Shown in pieces: positions 50,187-64,000 of a DNA stretch of 64,000 bases (the stretch's first letter is position 1; each line of letters starts with the position of its first letter). Under the pieces are notes generated by a model that was not told where the DNA came from, did not search any database, and saw nothing but the letters and a program-made list of their open reading frames with translations. Origin of the DNA: Vermamoeba vermiformis (Eukaryota); NCBI GenBank assembly GCA_045837725.1, contig JBEWZL010000294.1, positions 1 through 64,000 of the forward strand. The letters are read 5' to 3'. The translations under genes and the position numbers were made by a program.

Positions 50187-51387
50187 ATGTATCGCGGCTC
50201 TCAGCCAAACTTGAAGTCGAACCAAAGAATTATTTATTTTTGGGTAAATATTATAATCACGATTTTCGATTTAAAATAGCTAAATTGTCCGTTAATAAGC
50301 AAAAATAAAATTCTAATAATTATTTTTATTTTGCAGGACATTGAAAGCTGTTCAATCCCTCGTGGATATAATGCAAGTGAAATAGTAAAAAATATACGAA
50401 CTATAATAGGCCAGGGCAAGAGAGTTATCGTTCACTTGTTTTATGGATGTAACTCAAGTCCCTAAAGAAGTCACCGAGGACTTATATTTCGCTAATATTA
50501 CCATGAACCACGTGCCTAATCAGTAAGCTATTATTAATATAATATCACCCGGCTAATTTAGTTTAGCAAACCAGGAGCAATAGATCAAAAAATTGCGTTA
50601 GAATTAGTGCAGCTCAAAGAGTACTTTCAGCATGATAATACCACTGTCGTATTAATATCGGGCGATATTGATTTCGTGCAGCCGTTACAACGCTTAAAAA
50701 ACGACGGCTTTGATATCCTTATCGTTCATAATCACCAAGCCAAAAAACAACTGATTTCAGTTGCGGACAAAGCTTTCCTTTGGGACGATATTAAACAAGT
50801 AATAGAACGGGCATATGAATTCGTAGGCTAGAATATTAATAACTATTTTAGGGACGGCAAAACCACTCGGTCAACGAAAAGTCAAACATCCCGAAAAAGA
50901 CTTACGTTTGCTCAGAATGCAACAGTACATTTGATTCTGAAGCGGCCTTGCAGCAACATAGATCAGCGAAGCATATTCACAGATGCTCTACGTGCAACAG
51001 AACTTTCAAAACGGATGGGGCTCTGCAGCAACATGTCGATGCCAAGCACAGCTGGGATTGTGACGTGTGCGGAGAAGTTTGTGTTACCGAAGATAATTGG
51101 GAAGAGCACAACAATGATATGTCTCATTGGGCTTGTACAAAGTGCGACGAGACTTTTAGTAGCCCTGGTACTTGGCGAACCACGAAAATCTTTACGGTCA
51201 TCAGCCCTCAAATGGAGAAAGCGACGAAGAATTAGAAGAGCAAGAAGAGTCGTATTATAGTGGTTCGGACTCCAGCAATGAATATGACTCTGAAGGTAGT
51301 GGATACGGATGCAACTACTGCGATCGAGTTTTTGGTTCTGAAAGAGCATTGCAACAACACCAAAACGATACTGGCCATTATTATTAG
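50187..51387 (+). pseudogene. NYN (MARF1/LabA-like) RNase plus C2H2 zinc fingers with two frameshifts
   Basis: YFW|DIESC, KPGAIDQKI, LISGDIDF and C2H2 repeats; frame breaks near 50415 and 51170. Confidence 0.75.
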
Positions 51388-52286
51388 AACTAAGTCGAAA
51401 ATTATGACGCTATTGGGCAGATCTAGTGTGTCGTTAGTCATCGCTTTCAGCATGATCAGTAAACAATTATTTTTCAGGATCCGTAAGCTTAATTGTTGCT
51501 TGACAACCTACTAAATTCAAACAGATCAATAAGCATTACACGGGAAGATAAAATCTACAAATTCGGACGTTTGTTTTTGTGGCCAGCGATTTGCGGTCTC
51601 GCGAACCTGACTTTGGCAGCCTTGGTGATATCGAAGGTAATCATCATAATGATATTATTAGGATATGATCAGTACATATCTCACGCCTATTATGCAGTTG
51701 TAGGGCCGCGTGGCATTTTTTTTGTTACTAGAGGCAGTGGCAGTGCTCCAAACACCCCTTATCGAACGAGTTTGCCAATTGGCTAGTTTTATTCTAACGC
51801 TTGTACATTCGAAAGCAGTTTCAGACCCTGGACGGATCGAACGGCGATTTATTTATTTCTTGAATCGAAGCGATGTTCGTAATGAATCACAAAGCGAATT
51901 CTTACACCAGCAACCGGATCAAAAAAACGACAATTGAATCATTATGGAATTCCGTTAACATCAGCGTAGTGTAGATAGGTATGTGGTAATACTATTTAAT
52001 GATTTCGGTTGTAATTTACGATTGATCCAGAAATCTTTGTGAGCTTTTGGTGCGGCACTCTCGCTAGATCTCGCTCAAAACAAGTACGCTACTCCAAAAA
52101 AGGTAAATATATCGCGGTATAGTGTGATTAGATCGCAATATTAAAATCTAAAAGATTCCATGGTAATGAAATGAGTCAAATTTCGGTGCGGCAAAAACTT
52201 ATAAATTCTAACTGAAGCTAAGCTCATTCTAATAATTCCAATTAATAGCAATACAACGCTACTAATAATACCTAGTCAACCAGTCT

Positions 52287-54683
52287 ATGATTCGACAACT
52301 TCTTTTGATTTCAGTGTTGGCTGCGCTACTCGCCTGCGCATCTGCTGGTTTTCAACTGACCTTCAGCGAAGAGTTCAATGGCCAATATAAGCTGAATACT
52401 ACTCTCTGGAATACTTTCTATCATTTCGCACCATCTACGATCAACGGCGAACTGCAGTACTACTCACCGGATTCGTTCAGTTTTGGTTCTTCGTACCTCC
52501 GCATCATTGGCGAACGCCGAACTGTTAATGGCTTTAATTATACATCAGGGGCTATTACTACTAAGGATCGCTGGTCCCAAGCTTTCGGCTACTTCGAGAT
52601 GCGCGCCAGATTTCCAACGGGCAAAGGACTTTGGCCTGCCTTTTGGTTATTGCCTCAAAACGCAGCTGGAGGTACGTTATTAACATACTTTATTATGATT
52701 ATATTATTAAATTGTTGAAATCTATATTTGGAATCGAAATTTATGCGTAACAGTGTGACACGTGTCAAATTTCCCGTGGTTCATGAATTAGCGATAAAAA
52801 GATTCTTCATTTCAATTAATTGTTCCGTTTATTTACTTCTAGGAGGCATAATTGAGATCGACATCATCGAGTCATTGCAACAAAACCCCGAAAAGGCGTA
52901 TTTGACCTATCACTGCAATTCTACCTACACGGCGTACGGCACGTATTCATCCGCGGCACTGGCAGACGGTAGTTGGCACACGTACAGCGTGGAATGGACT
53001 CCGAACATTATCATCTGGTACATCGACGGCGTGGCTCGTTTTAACGTCACTCAATGCGTGCCAAACCTGCCCACGTACATCTTGGCCAATATGGCTATCG
53101 GAGGCTGGCCCGGCCCTCCAAATGCCACGACGCCGTTCCCTAACTACATGGACATCGATTACATTCGTGCGTACAAGTACGTGTCATCTGGAGGCTCGTA
53201 CTTGACTGGTCCTGGCAACGGTATTGCCTACTCAAATCCGACCATTGCCGCGGCTCCACGTGTCACTTTGAACTATCCTGTTGTTGTGCCCGAGACCGTC
53301 ACTGCAGGCAGTACCGTGCAGCTTCAAGTAACGATTATTGCTGGCGGATCCGGCCTCTCAAACAGCATCCTGTCGTACAGCATTTATTACCACGGCAACA
53401 ATACACAGATCGCTACCGGCTCTACAACAGGCATTACAATAGCGGCAGGCTCGTCTAAAGCATTTACGTTCAATGTGGCCTTGTCTTCAAGCATAGCCAA
53501 TGGATATTATCGTGTGGCTTATGGCGTGTTCGACTCTTCTTGGAACAATTTGTACTGGCAGAATGCAGCGACAGTCTTCGGAGTCAATGCAATCGTTGGG
53601 GGCCGCGGAGAAGAAGGCTGGCAATTGACTTTTGCCGAAGAATTCAATTCGCAGACTGCTCTGAACTCGTCAGTTTGGAACAATTTCTATCACTACGGAC
53701 CTAAATCTGTCAACTCCGAGCTTCAATTCTACGCACCAGATGCCTTTAGCTATGGATCGAGCGCAAATTTGCGCATTGCAGCTCAACAGCGTGCTACGTA
53801 CGGCTACAACGACACGTCAGGTGTCATCACGACGAAAAATTTCTTCACGCAGACTTACGGCTACTTTGAAATCCGAGCGAGATTTCCTTCGGGCAAAGGC
53901 TTCAATCCGATCTTCAAATTGGCCAGTCAAGACACGACTAAAGGCAACTCGATCAACATTGCGAATAATATTGGCGATCAGAAATCAGTCACGATGTCAG
54001 TCACGTGCGCGTCATCCTCGACGTATTCTAGTACCTATTCTAACGTGAGTTTGGCTGACGGAAGCTTCCATACTTATGGTCTGCAATGGACTTCTACGGC
54101 ATTGACTTGGTACATTGACGGCGTGGTCAGATCCACGACCTCTTCGTGCTTGCCGAACAACCCGTTGTACCTGATTGCCAGCATGGCTGTCGGCGGAATA
54201 ACTGCGGGAAATCCTACCATTAACACCACGTTCCCTTCGTACTACGAAATCGATTACATTCGTGCGTACAAATACGTCGCATCCAACGGCATCGTTCTTG
54301 ATGGACCTAATCGTGGTGCTTCATTTACTCCGGCAAGTGCTGCTTTACCTACTATAACACTTCAAAATCCTGTTGCTGCTCCGTACAATGTTTCTCGTGG
54401 ATCTACATTGCAATTGAACGTGACCGTCTTGGTCGGTGGATCTGGTCTCAGCAATGCTAAATTTGGACCAAAAATTGTTCACACTAGTGACGCCACGTCA
54501 GTCACTTCATTAATTCAGACTGGTGTTACGGTCACCGCTAGTCAAACGAAACAATTCTCGTTCAGTTGGAGCGTGCCATCAACTTTGGAGACTGGTTATT
54601 ATACTGTCGGATATACCGCGGCTGATTCAAGCGGAAATACTATATTTTCAGAAAATAGCGACACTTTAGTATTCGTAAAATAA
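52287..54683 (+). CDS. Secreted tandem GH16 beta-glucanase (GH16-Ig-GH16-Ig)
   Basis: FSEEFNG, GYFEMRA, GLWPAFWLL, EIDIIE, WHTYSVEW, IDYIRAY; the whole module is duplicated; intron 52672-52842. Confidence 0.93.
52756..52767. promoter_or_regulatory. Intronic palindrome TGACACGTGTCA
   Basis: In the single GH16 intron. Confidence 0.6.
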
Positions 54684-54968
54684 GAAGCAACGAATAAAAT
54701 TCCGATTTCGCCAAACAATGGACTGAATAGAATGGCAGATCTGGTTAGTTCGTTCGTTTTTCGACCTTTGTGTTCTGCAGGAATACAAAATCTATTCCAA
54801 AACTTTGAAAGTGTGAGCGGGGTACAAAGTTACGTCCAATTCGCCAAATCTCCGCCACGTGCATGTCACTGTGATTGATAAATTCTTTTTTTTGTTGTTT
54901 AGTTTCAGGATTCAGTTTTCGTTATTCATCGTTACCATTGTTGTAAAAAAGAAGAGAGGAGAAGCCAA

Positions 54969-56041
54969 ATGGAAGTTATTCAGGCAAATCCAAGAAGTGT
55001 TGGGCCGCTGCGCAAATCCGTCGATAAATGGAAGGAATTCGTTAACAAGAACAATAGGTTCTCTGATAACAATAATTATACGCTAAGAGTGGTAACTTGT
55101 TTTTCCGAACAATCGCCAGTGAGCAGAGAAGAATACGACGACATTGTCAATCAGCTCCAAAAATACGGGATGAAGCGGATCGGCAGGGACTTATTCGCTT
55201 TGTTGGCAGCCCAATTTTTCGATTATAAGAAGTAAGATTCATACTATTACATGAAATATTATTTTCCTTTCGTTTTTGATTGATCATCCAAGAGATCTCA
55301 TAATTCTTTTTTCGTGCCAGGCATCACTTCGTCATCCCACTTGATGACTTTGCAGTGATTCTATTCAAGGTCAACAAGTACAAAGAAGACTCTAACAAGG
55401 GTCGGGGCTCTTCCCGACGCAGGATAACGATATCCAACCTTCAGGATCAAATCGAAAGTCAGTTTTCCGATCCTGTAACCGAGAATGTGGCCTGCAAAAA
55501 GACAGAACTACTGTTAAGGAAGTACTTCCAGATAGAAACGTTCGAAAAGGACGTCACTGCTTATCATCCAGAGCTGACTCTCAACGTAACGAATATGGAC
55601 GAATTGATAATGGCCATCAAAAGAATTAAACCGAAGAAAGCGCCCAAGAAAGAAGGAGAAGACAATGCAAGGAACTTGCGGAACAGTTTTGAAACGGTCT
55701 ACGTGCCTTCGCGGAAAAGCAACTCAAGTTTATCTGAAAGTGAGGAGGAGCCGACCGAAAGCGCTATGGTAGTCGAGTGCAAGCCACCCCAACAATACAA
55801 CCCTAGCAATACTTTCACTACAAGGAATACTTTGGACTTGTTTCATGCGGCTCCGGAAGAAAAGCTGTCAATGAATTCGCCTCCACATGTCTACGCCAAA
55901 CAACCGCTGCCAAATCCGACAATATCATTTCCTACTGCTTATGCCGAACTATTCGACACTATCAATCAAAAGACGACTTGTCTAAGGACGGTAGAAGACG
56001 TTCTGAGGTTCAAGGAATACGTTGCGAAGTTTAATCTTTGA
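54969..56041 (+). CDS. Hypothetical protein, paralog of 48218-49367
   Basis: Two exons with a phase-2 intron; shares SNxGR and LRKYFx(V/I)E motifs. Confidence 0.75.
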
Positions 56042-56397
56042 AAGTGATCAGAATAACTGAAACTTCCTGTTTAATAAAGAAATAAAAACCCTATATTTAT
56101 ACAATGCCTTTGTTTGAGGAAGATTGCACGAGAACAAACCAAGATCGATTATTCCGATAGGCGGATTTGGCTCCCGAAAGTTCCAATCAAAATTACGATA
56201 GCTTAAAATCATTTTAGTAAGTTGTTCTTGCCTTTGTCTCAGGATTGTAAGGTTGGATATTCGACACTAAAAACTGACCAATGGCGAAACAGCTCGATCT
56301 TGTGTTTTCGTTTTTTTATGTGGTCTCAAATTATTTAAAAAGTAGTCTACTCACTCGTTGATAAGACCACATTACATACCACATTACATATCCACAA

Positions 56398-58035
<1,638 letters not shown>

Positions 58036-58126
58036 ATAGCATAAGCTACGTGCGTAATATAATAGTCGAAATTAATAAAGAATTATTGAACGTAAAACAG
58101 ATTTAGATCAGGTTTATTACTGCGGT

Positions 58127-58600
58127 TTAAAAGATAGTGTATGCAACACCTATTCTTTTAACATAACCAGCACCTGACTGCGGGACACTTGGGTGGCTTA
58201 TATCGGGAGACACGACGCCAGAGACGATCACCTGGAAATTTTTGTTAAATTTCACTCCGGATCCAAGCGGCAAGCTGTAGTAAGACCCATTGTTGAAGAT
58301 AGAGCCGACATCTCTTGGCTTATCTTGGATGCTGTGAGTAAGAGCGAAGGTCTTCGCTGGTCGGTCGTCAATGATAACATGGATGAAAGTACTCCAGTAC
58401 CCATCTGCACCATGCGAGGCCCAACGAACCTCTTGAAGAACGCCAGAACAATTCTGCTCTTGTGCTATGATATGTGAGATGGGCTTGGCGCTAGACGACT
58501 CGGCAGTCTCGATGAATTTCCAATTATAGCCTACGGGTGGGTTTGCAAGGGCCGCAGGAGTTTGTGAAGTGGAAGTATCTTGTGTATTTGTGTTGCTCAT
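58127..58600 (-). CDS. Intronless 157-aa hypothetical protein
   Basis: Clean ORF with an A-rich start context; beta-strand-like pattern. Confidence 0.65.
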   Translation of the reverse strand: MSNTNTQDTSTSQTPAALANPPVGYNWKFIETAESSSAKPISHIIAQEQNCSGVLQEVRWASHGADGYWSTFIHVIIDDRPAKTFALTHSIQDKPRDVGSIFNNGSYYSLPLGSGVKFNKNFQVIVSGVVSPDISHPSVPQSGAGYVKRIGVAYTIF

Positions 58601-59058
58601 CTTTGAAGTTTGAAATGAATGAACGAATCAACTTGCGAGAACGATTAAAAAGAGAACCAAAGAATTGCGCCAAACCATCTACACCGAATTTCTGCTATAT
58701 TTCCTTTCGCCTATTCTTAATTCAATTCTTACCGTCAGTATTCATTGAACGAAAGAAGTAGTTGTAACGTTGTATGGGCTATCAGTAATGGATTTCAGTC
58801 CGTAGTTGAACCAAATCCACAACCTTTCTATTTTCGACTGATGCTGCCTACGCCGTCCTATAAACGAATTCCAAATCATTCTGCTAGGAGCCTAAATAAG
58901 GCAGCTGTTGTGCTCTGAATATAGAAGATCCAGGTTTTGTGGCCCAGCTGTCAACAAACCTGTCACTCCCTTTTGCGTTCACGAAGCAGATATCATTATT
59001 TCTGAACTCGATCCATTAAGTGCAATACATACTGCACGGATAATATAGACTTAATAAT

Positions 59059-60943
59059 ATGAAAGCTATTCTTTCCGTTGTTGTTGCATTGATCTTCGTG
59101 CAAGGTAATTAACGTCCATCCACATCCTTCAACTTAATTATTAGTACCATATTTACGCATTATACAATCGGTTAAACATTATGATATGATTATAGTATTA
59201 GGCAAACAAGTGGTTTAAAATAAATTATTATTTTGACTTATTTCTATTTTTCAGGAATATTCGTGCACGCACAGAGCAATTTAATTCTTGGCGCAGCTTT
59301 TTCAGCAAATGTTGCAGCCAATCAATATTATCCATTTGTATTCAGCTTAGTTCAAGCTGGCATTGATTCCAACGATCTTTCTTTCAGAGTTACTGGAGCA
59401 GGTAAAATACATTATAAGCAGTTTAAAAACAAAAAAAATAATTATTGGTATTAATATACGGCTTTATTGGAAATTTAGAAGTAATTTACGGATCTAGAAC
59501 ATTCCACTGCGTGTACACCATGGAATATCGTTTCTAATTTATATACAGATCCTACTAATGTAAGAATATTCGGTAGCTTCGATAGACAACCTACTGGGTA
59601 CGTATTTTCCAAAAATCTATTCGTTCTTTATTATTTAGATTTTGTTGAAGTACATCCGTTATTACAACTTTTCTTATTGAGCCTATTATTCCTGTCTTAC
59701 CTCTCAATTCTGTTTATTATGTAGTATTGTATCGAAATTAACCCTAATTACGTTTCTAGATCCAACTACAATCATACTTCTATCGTTGAGAACAACGACG
59801 TCGTAATGTACATCCCTAACTCGCTGATTAACGGAAGAAGTACATTTTACCTCGCCGTATTCGCTGATGATGCGACTTCATTCGTTATGACTGCACGTGC
59901 TTCAAACGGTACGAACTCGTTACGCGATCAAACCTTACATCCAAGTTTTTATTTGTTCTTTCGACTAATATGCTATTAATATAGTGTTCCTTCAATTGGA
60001 GTTAATGCATCCTGTTACTGTTGCCAGTTTGGGTCCCTCTGGCAGCAAGTTATACTTTGAGTTCGAGTCGCATCTTGACTCCGCAACTACGCTTGAGAAA
60101 CTATACGTTGTTTTGACCCACAGCATCACGTAAGTATAAATGGTACATATTATGTTAGTAAAGGTGGTTATTAACTGGATTAATATAGCGACGAGAGTCA
60201 AGTTCCTTTCGTTTACATTGGAGACATTGGATCTGTTCCTACTTCCACTAACTACAGATGGACTATTCAGTACGTAAAATATGCACCATATTATACGATA
60301 TTCGTCAATATCCAATAATGCATGAAGCGGATTCAGATGCACCAAACTTTTGTCTTTTACCTATGACTACTGTATTAATTTATGTTATAATAGAGGTGCT
60401 CATATTATTACTGGCTTCCATCAAGCCGAAATTAAGCCCTCTGCTGTTGGTAAGACCTAATTCAACCTTAAACTAGTCCTTTGACGAGTCTCGCTAACAT
60501 AGCCTTATTAGGCCGATACTACGGTGTTGTTGTCAGCCGTGCTAATGAGAGCGGTGTTCAGTTCACTTTGAGATTGGCTACGACTGAATTCTTGCGTCCT
60601 GAAGGTACATAACTTTTTTGACACGTCGCGCGGATCCAGATCTTCGCACAACTTTTTTGTTGGTCTATGATATTAATATGATGTCGCACAGTCTGGTATG
60701 CAATGTGGTTGGGAGCTGCTATTGGCGGTGGTGTCTTGTTGGTCGCTGTCATCATTGCTCTCAGTGTCTCGTGCGTCAAGGGAAAGCAGGCTGTAAGTGT
60801 CGGACGAAAAATCCTTTTAACTTTTCAATTCGCACAATGCAATCGCATAATATTACGAATAGATTAATAATAGATATTTCTGGAAATACTAACACTAAAA
60901 ATTATTATAGTTCTCCAAGTCCTTTGAGCGTGTTGATCTCTAA
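59059..60943 (+). CDS. Type I membrane protein with PPC-like domains and many small exons
   Basis: Signal peptide; NQYYPFVF, RIFGSFDRQPT; transmembrane segment WLGAAIGGGVLLVAVIIALSV. Confidence 0.7.
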
Positions 60944-61575
60944 GTCTTCATTGGCCCTTTCAACTTTCATTTAATAAAGACTGTATTTACATTACGATCA
61001 TGCAATCAGTAAGTAGAAGCAACATCACGGTCCTTTTTGAAGGCTACACGAGGCCTTGATAACATTCAGTCCTTAGGTCTCGTACAAGGTTTGAATGAAC
61101 TCTGAGCGGACAATGCTTTGGGTTACGAATAACCTGTTATTTTATCAAATTTAGTTCTTCGGTGTTCTGCAATTCGAAGGCTAAAAATGGTAAGTGTAAC
61201 GGATAGAAAACTTGCTTGATACGCGGGAAAAGTTCGGCTCGCCTGATCTAAAGTTGCTTTTGTGCTGCGCCGCTTATTAGATTAATGATACACTTTATAC
61301 TAGTATAAAGTATAGTACAACAGTAATGTAACAAAGGCGGAGGTCGGTCCGAAAAAGATCCAGTTTATTGCAATTCCTACCGAACTGAAATCAGCTCTTT
61401 GATCAAGATTGTCATGATCTTCTCGGCTAGGTATATTTCGGAATGGTTCTTAAAATAGCAAACTCCCAGTGGTCATACCGAACTTTCCGACAACTTTTCC
61501 GTCCGTGTCAAACAAAATGTCATCAAGTTTTTATCAACATAATAATTTGCAATATCAACACTACTCAACACCATA

Positions 61576-62315
61576 ATGCGTGCTGCTATTATTGTTCTCT
61601 TCGTAGCCTTCTTGGCTTACGTTTCTGCAGACTTCACTAACTGCTCTCCCCCTAACTCGCCTGTCACCTTCAAGACAATTAGCTTGACTCCTGATCCTCC
61701 TAAGATCGGTCAAACTGCTCAAGTCAACGTCACTGGTACTGTTTGTAAGTATTTGCACGATTAAACAGATTTTTTTTTAGATCGGATGTCAAAAATACGA
61801 ATAATTTTCTAAATTACAAAATCAATAAATTGAATGCTAATTTTGTTTATAGCATCTCCTATCAAGGGTGGAACCATTTACTTCACTATCCAATACCAAA
61901 TTAATGGTCAATGGCAAAATCTGCCCGGTTTCCAATTTGATTTCTGCTCCGTCGTGAGCTGCCCCTTCCCTGCCGGTCCTTTCACCCAATCCAAGGCCGT
62001 CCCTGTTCCCGCCTTTACTCCTAAGGTACGTTGTCTTGTCCATTTTTTTTTCGGCGCGGATCTTGCCATCATTTTTATTTATCCTGTTTGCCTCTTAATT
62101 ATTAGGAGATTGTTGTACCTCTTCCTTGGTTAATAGCATGCCGCAGAAAATTCTATTAAAAATCACAAAGAGACGTTCCTATCTTTGAGACGGATGTGTT
62201 CGAAACCGGAACTAACGATTTTTCGTAATAGGGCAAGTACCAAGGCAAGCTCCTCGGTGTTGACACCAACCAAAACCCTATTGTATGCTTCCAATTCCAA
62301 TACGATTTGGAATAA
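61576..62315 (+). CDS. NPC2: ML (MD-2/NPC2-like) lipid-binding protein
   Basis: Signal peptide; FTNC, LTPDPP, DFC...CP..AG, PKGKY, IVC. Confidence 0.85.
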
Positions 62316-62647
62316 ACTAAAGCTCCTCCAATAGAGTAAAGCTAGCTTAATAATACACGTGCACTTTTTGATCGCTTTATCATCAGTACTTATTATTGGT
62401 CATACTTAACAACACCAGATCAAATATAAGCCACAGGAATCAATTTTATTTGAGCTAAAAATTGATTGTTCGGAAAGTGTAACGGGATGTGGTTCGAAGC
62501 CATTTTAATGAGGAACATAATCATCTATATAGCGTGCGTATAAAGTAGTATCATATTCAAAGGTTAAGGTGTTTATTTTAAAGAAATTTATATATCGAAG
62601 TATTTACACTGACGGATCTACTATCAGTTTCCTATTAACAGCTTCAT

Positions 62648-64000
62648 CTAGTGCGAGACCTTGTTCAAGAATGCAGCAGCGAATGATTGCACGAAGCGAG
62701 GCAAGATGTTAATTAAGAACGGCGAGACTGCGTTGGAAGGGTGATCGGCAATGACGACCTTAATGTTGTGCATTAGGCCATTGAAACCCATCTCGGCGAC
62801 TGTCTCCGCGGTAACGACATTGCCTATAGTAAGGATGATTATTAGGAGAGCATTTTCGGCGAAATAATGAGGATTAAACAGATCTGCTCGCAACAGCGCC
62901 AATTTTGTTTGGAATATTCTCGGTAATATCTACGTAAATCAAGTACATAATAACAACGACGTACCGTATTTAAATAAGGCAGATTTCTCGTTGCCAGCAA
63001 GGCGAGCAAACTCGGATTCAGTGGGACCAGGAGCCAACAGACTTACATGGACGCCAGTACCCATGCACTCGCTAATATTTACCATATTAGTACATCAAAT
63101 GACGCGCTATCGAGAGCGGAACAGTTTTAAAGCGATGGATACTGCTTTCGACTGCCGATCTGAAAAGTACTTACTGCCAGAGTGCTTCAGAGAAAGAAAG
63201 AACGTATGCCTTAGTAGCGTAGTAGCTAGCCATGCCAGGTCCTATCGATTATACTCATTAAATAACGTTCTGCATGCAGATCCAGCTCGTTACAAACCTG
63301 GGAAATAGCCAGCAGTGCTTCCAATGTTCAAAATACCGCCAGATTTCTTCTCCAACATGGCGGGCAAGAACAATGAGGTCAATTGAGTCAATGAAGTCAC
63401 GTTTAAGGTGCACATATCGGCTTGTGTTTTTTGATCGGTCTCTGAAAACAAATCCGCTTAGAAATCACTTCATCATCGCTTTATGTAATATTAATTACCT
63501 GCAATCTTCTTAGAAGCGCCAGATCCGGCTATAAAATAGAAAACAACGCATTAGATAAAGAATAAAATTTAAGGTGCTGGATCTCGTACCATTATTAACT
63601 AAAACATCGATATGGTAACCGCGTTTAGTGACTTCTTCGAAGAGTGTTTGAGCAGAAGCGGTATTGGAGAGATCGGCAGCGATGTAATCGACCTTCTTGT
63701 TGAATCCAGGCACGGCCTTCTTCATCTTGTCCGCAGCCTCGCGCAACTTGTCTTCAGAACGGGAAACGAGCAGCAAATTATATCCGTGTTGAGCGAAGAC
63801 CTTGGCAAGTGCAAGACCTATAATGTTATGTATTTAGCCTTCGGAAATCATTTCAAAAAAATTAACAATTTTGGATTTGATTTTGCAAACGCATAAAACG
63901 GATTAATTATCGGTCAATAATATCCGATTTTGTTTACCTATGCCGGTTGATGCCCCAGTAATCAATGCGGTTTGATCCGTGGTTACTTTGAAGTCCTTTT
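62648..64000 (-). CDS. Short-chain dehydrogenase/reductase (5' end outside the window)
   Basis: TALITGASTGIG, VLVNN, YYATKAY, LLAPGPTESEF. Confidence 0.9.

Noticed and set aside
61048-61086. 9-bp hairpin followed by ACA (snoRNA-like)
   Set aside because: A single short stem with no second hairpin or H box.

Overview
Gene-dense, intron-rich eukaryotic DNA in the standard code, with short AT-rich GT-AG introns and CTAAY branch points. It looks like a free-living protist, probably an amoebozoan, but that is inference. Positions 1-6657 are an intact Ty3/Gypsy LTR retrotransposon on the minus strand whose LTR copies are identical over the visible 154 bp. Its gag and pol are in the same frame, separated by a single TGA that lies inside a hairpin. 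The element has inserted into the fourth coding exon of a spliced ribosomal protein eL42 (RPL36A/L44) gene. That gene is missing from the ORF track and encodes Gln56, the cycloheximide-resistance variant. About 28 more host genes follow. They include a DyP peroxidase-Rdx(CxxC) fusion, two SDRs, F-box/SPRY, an SGNH hydrolase, NCA2, LTA4H, MOCOS, an SH3b-pseudo-M23 protein, a tandem GH16 with one apparently dead domain, a frameshifted NYN-C2H2 gene, spermidine synthase and NPC2. A 12-bp palindrome, TGACACGTGTCA, occurs six times, always inside an intron and often next to an RGATCY motif that recurs in dozens of introns. Exon boundaries were assembled by eye and family calls come from motif recognition, not database searches.
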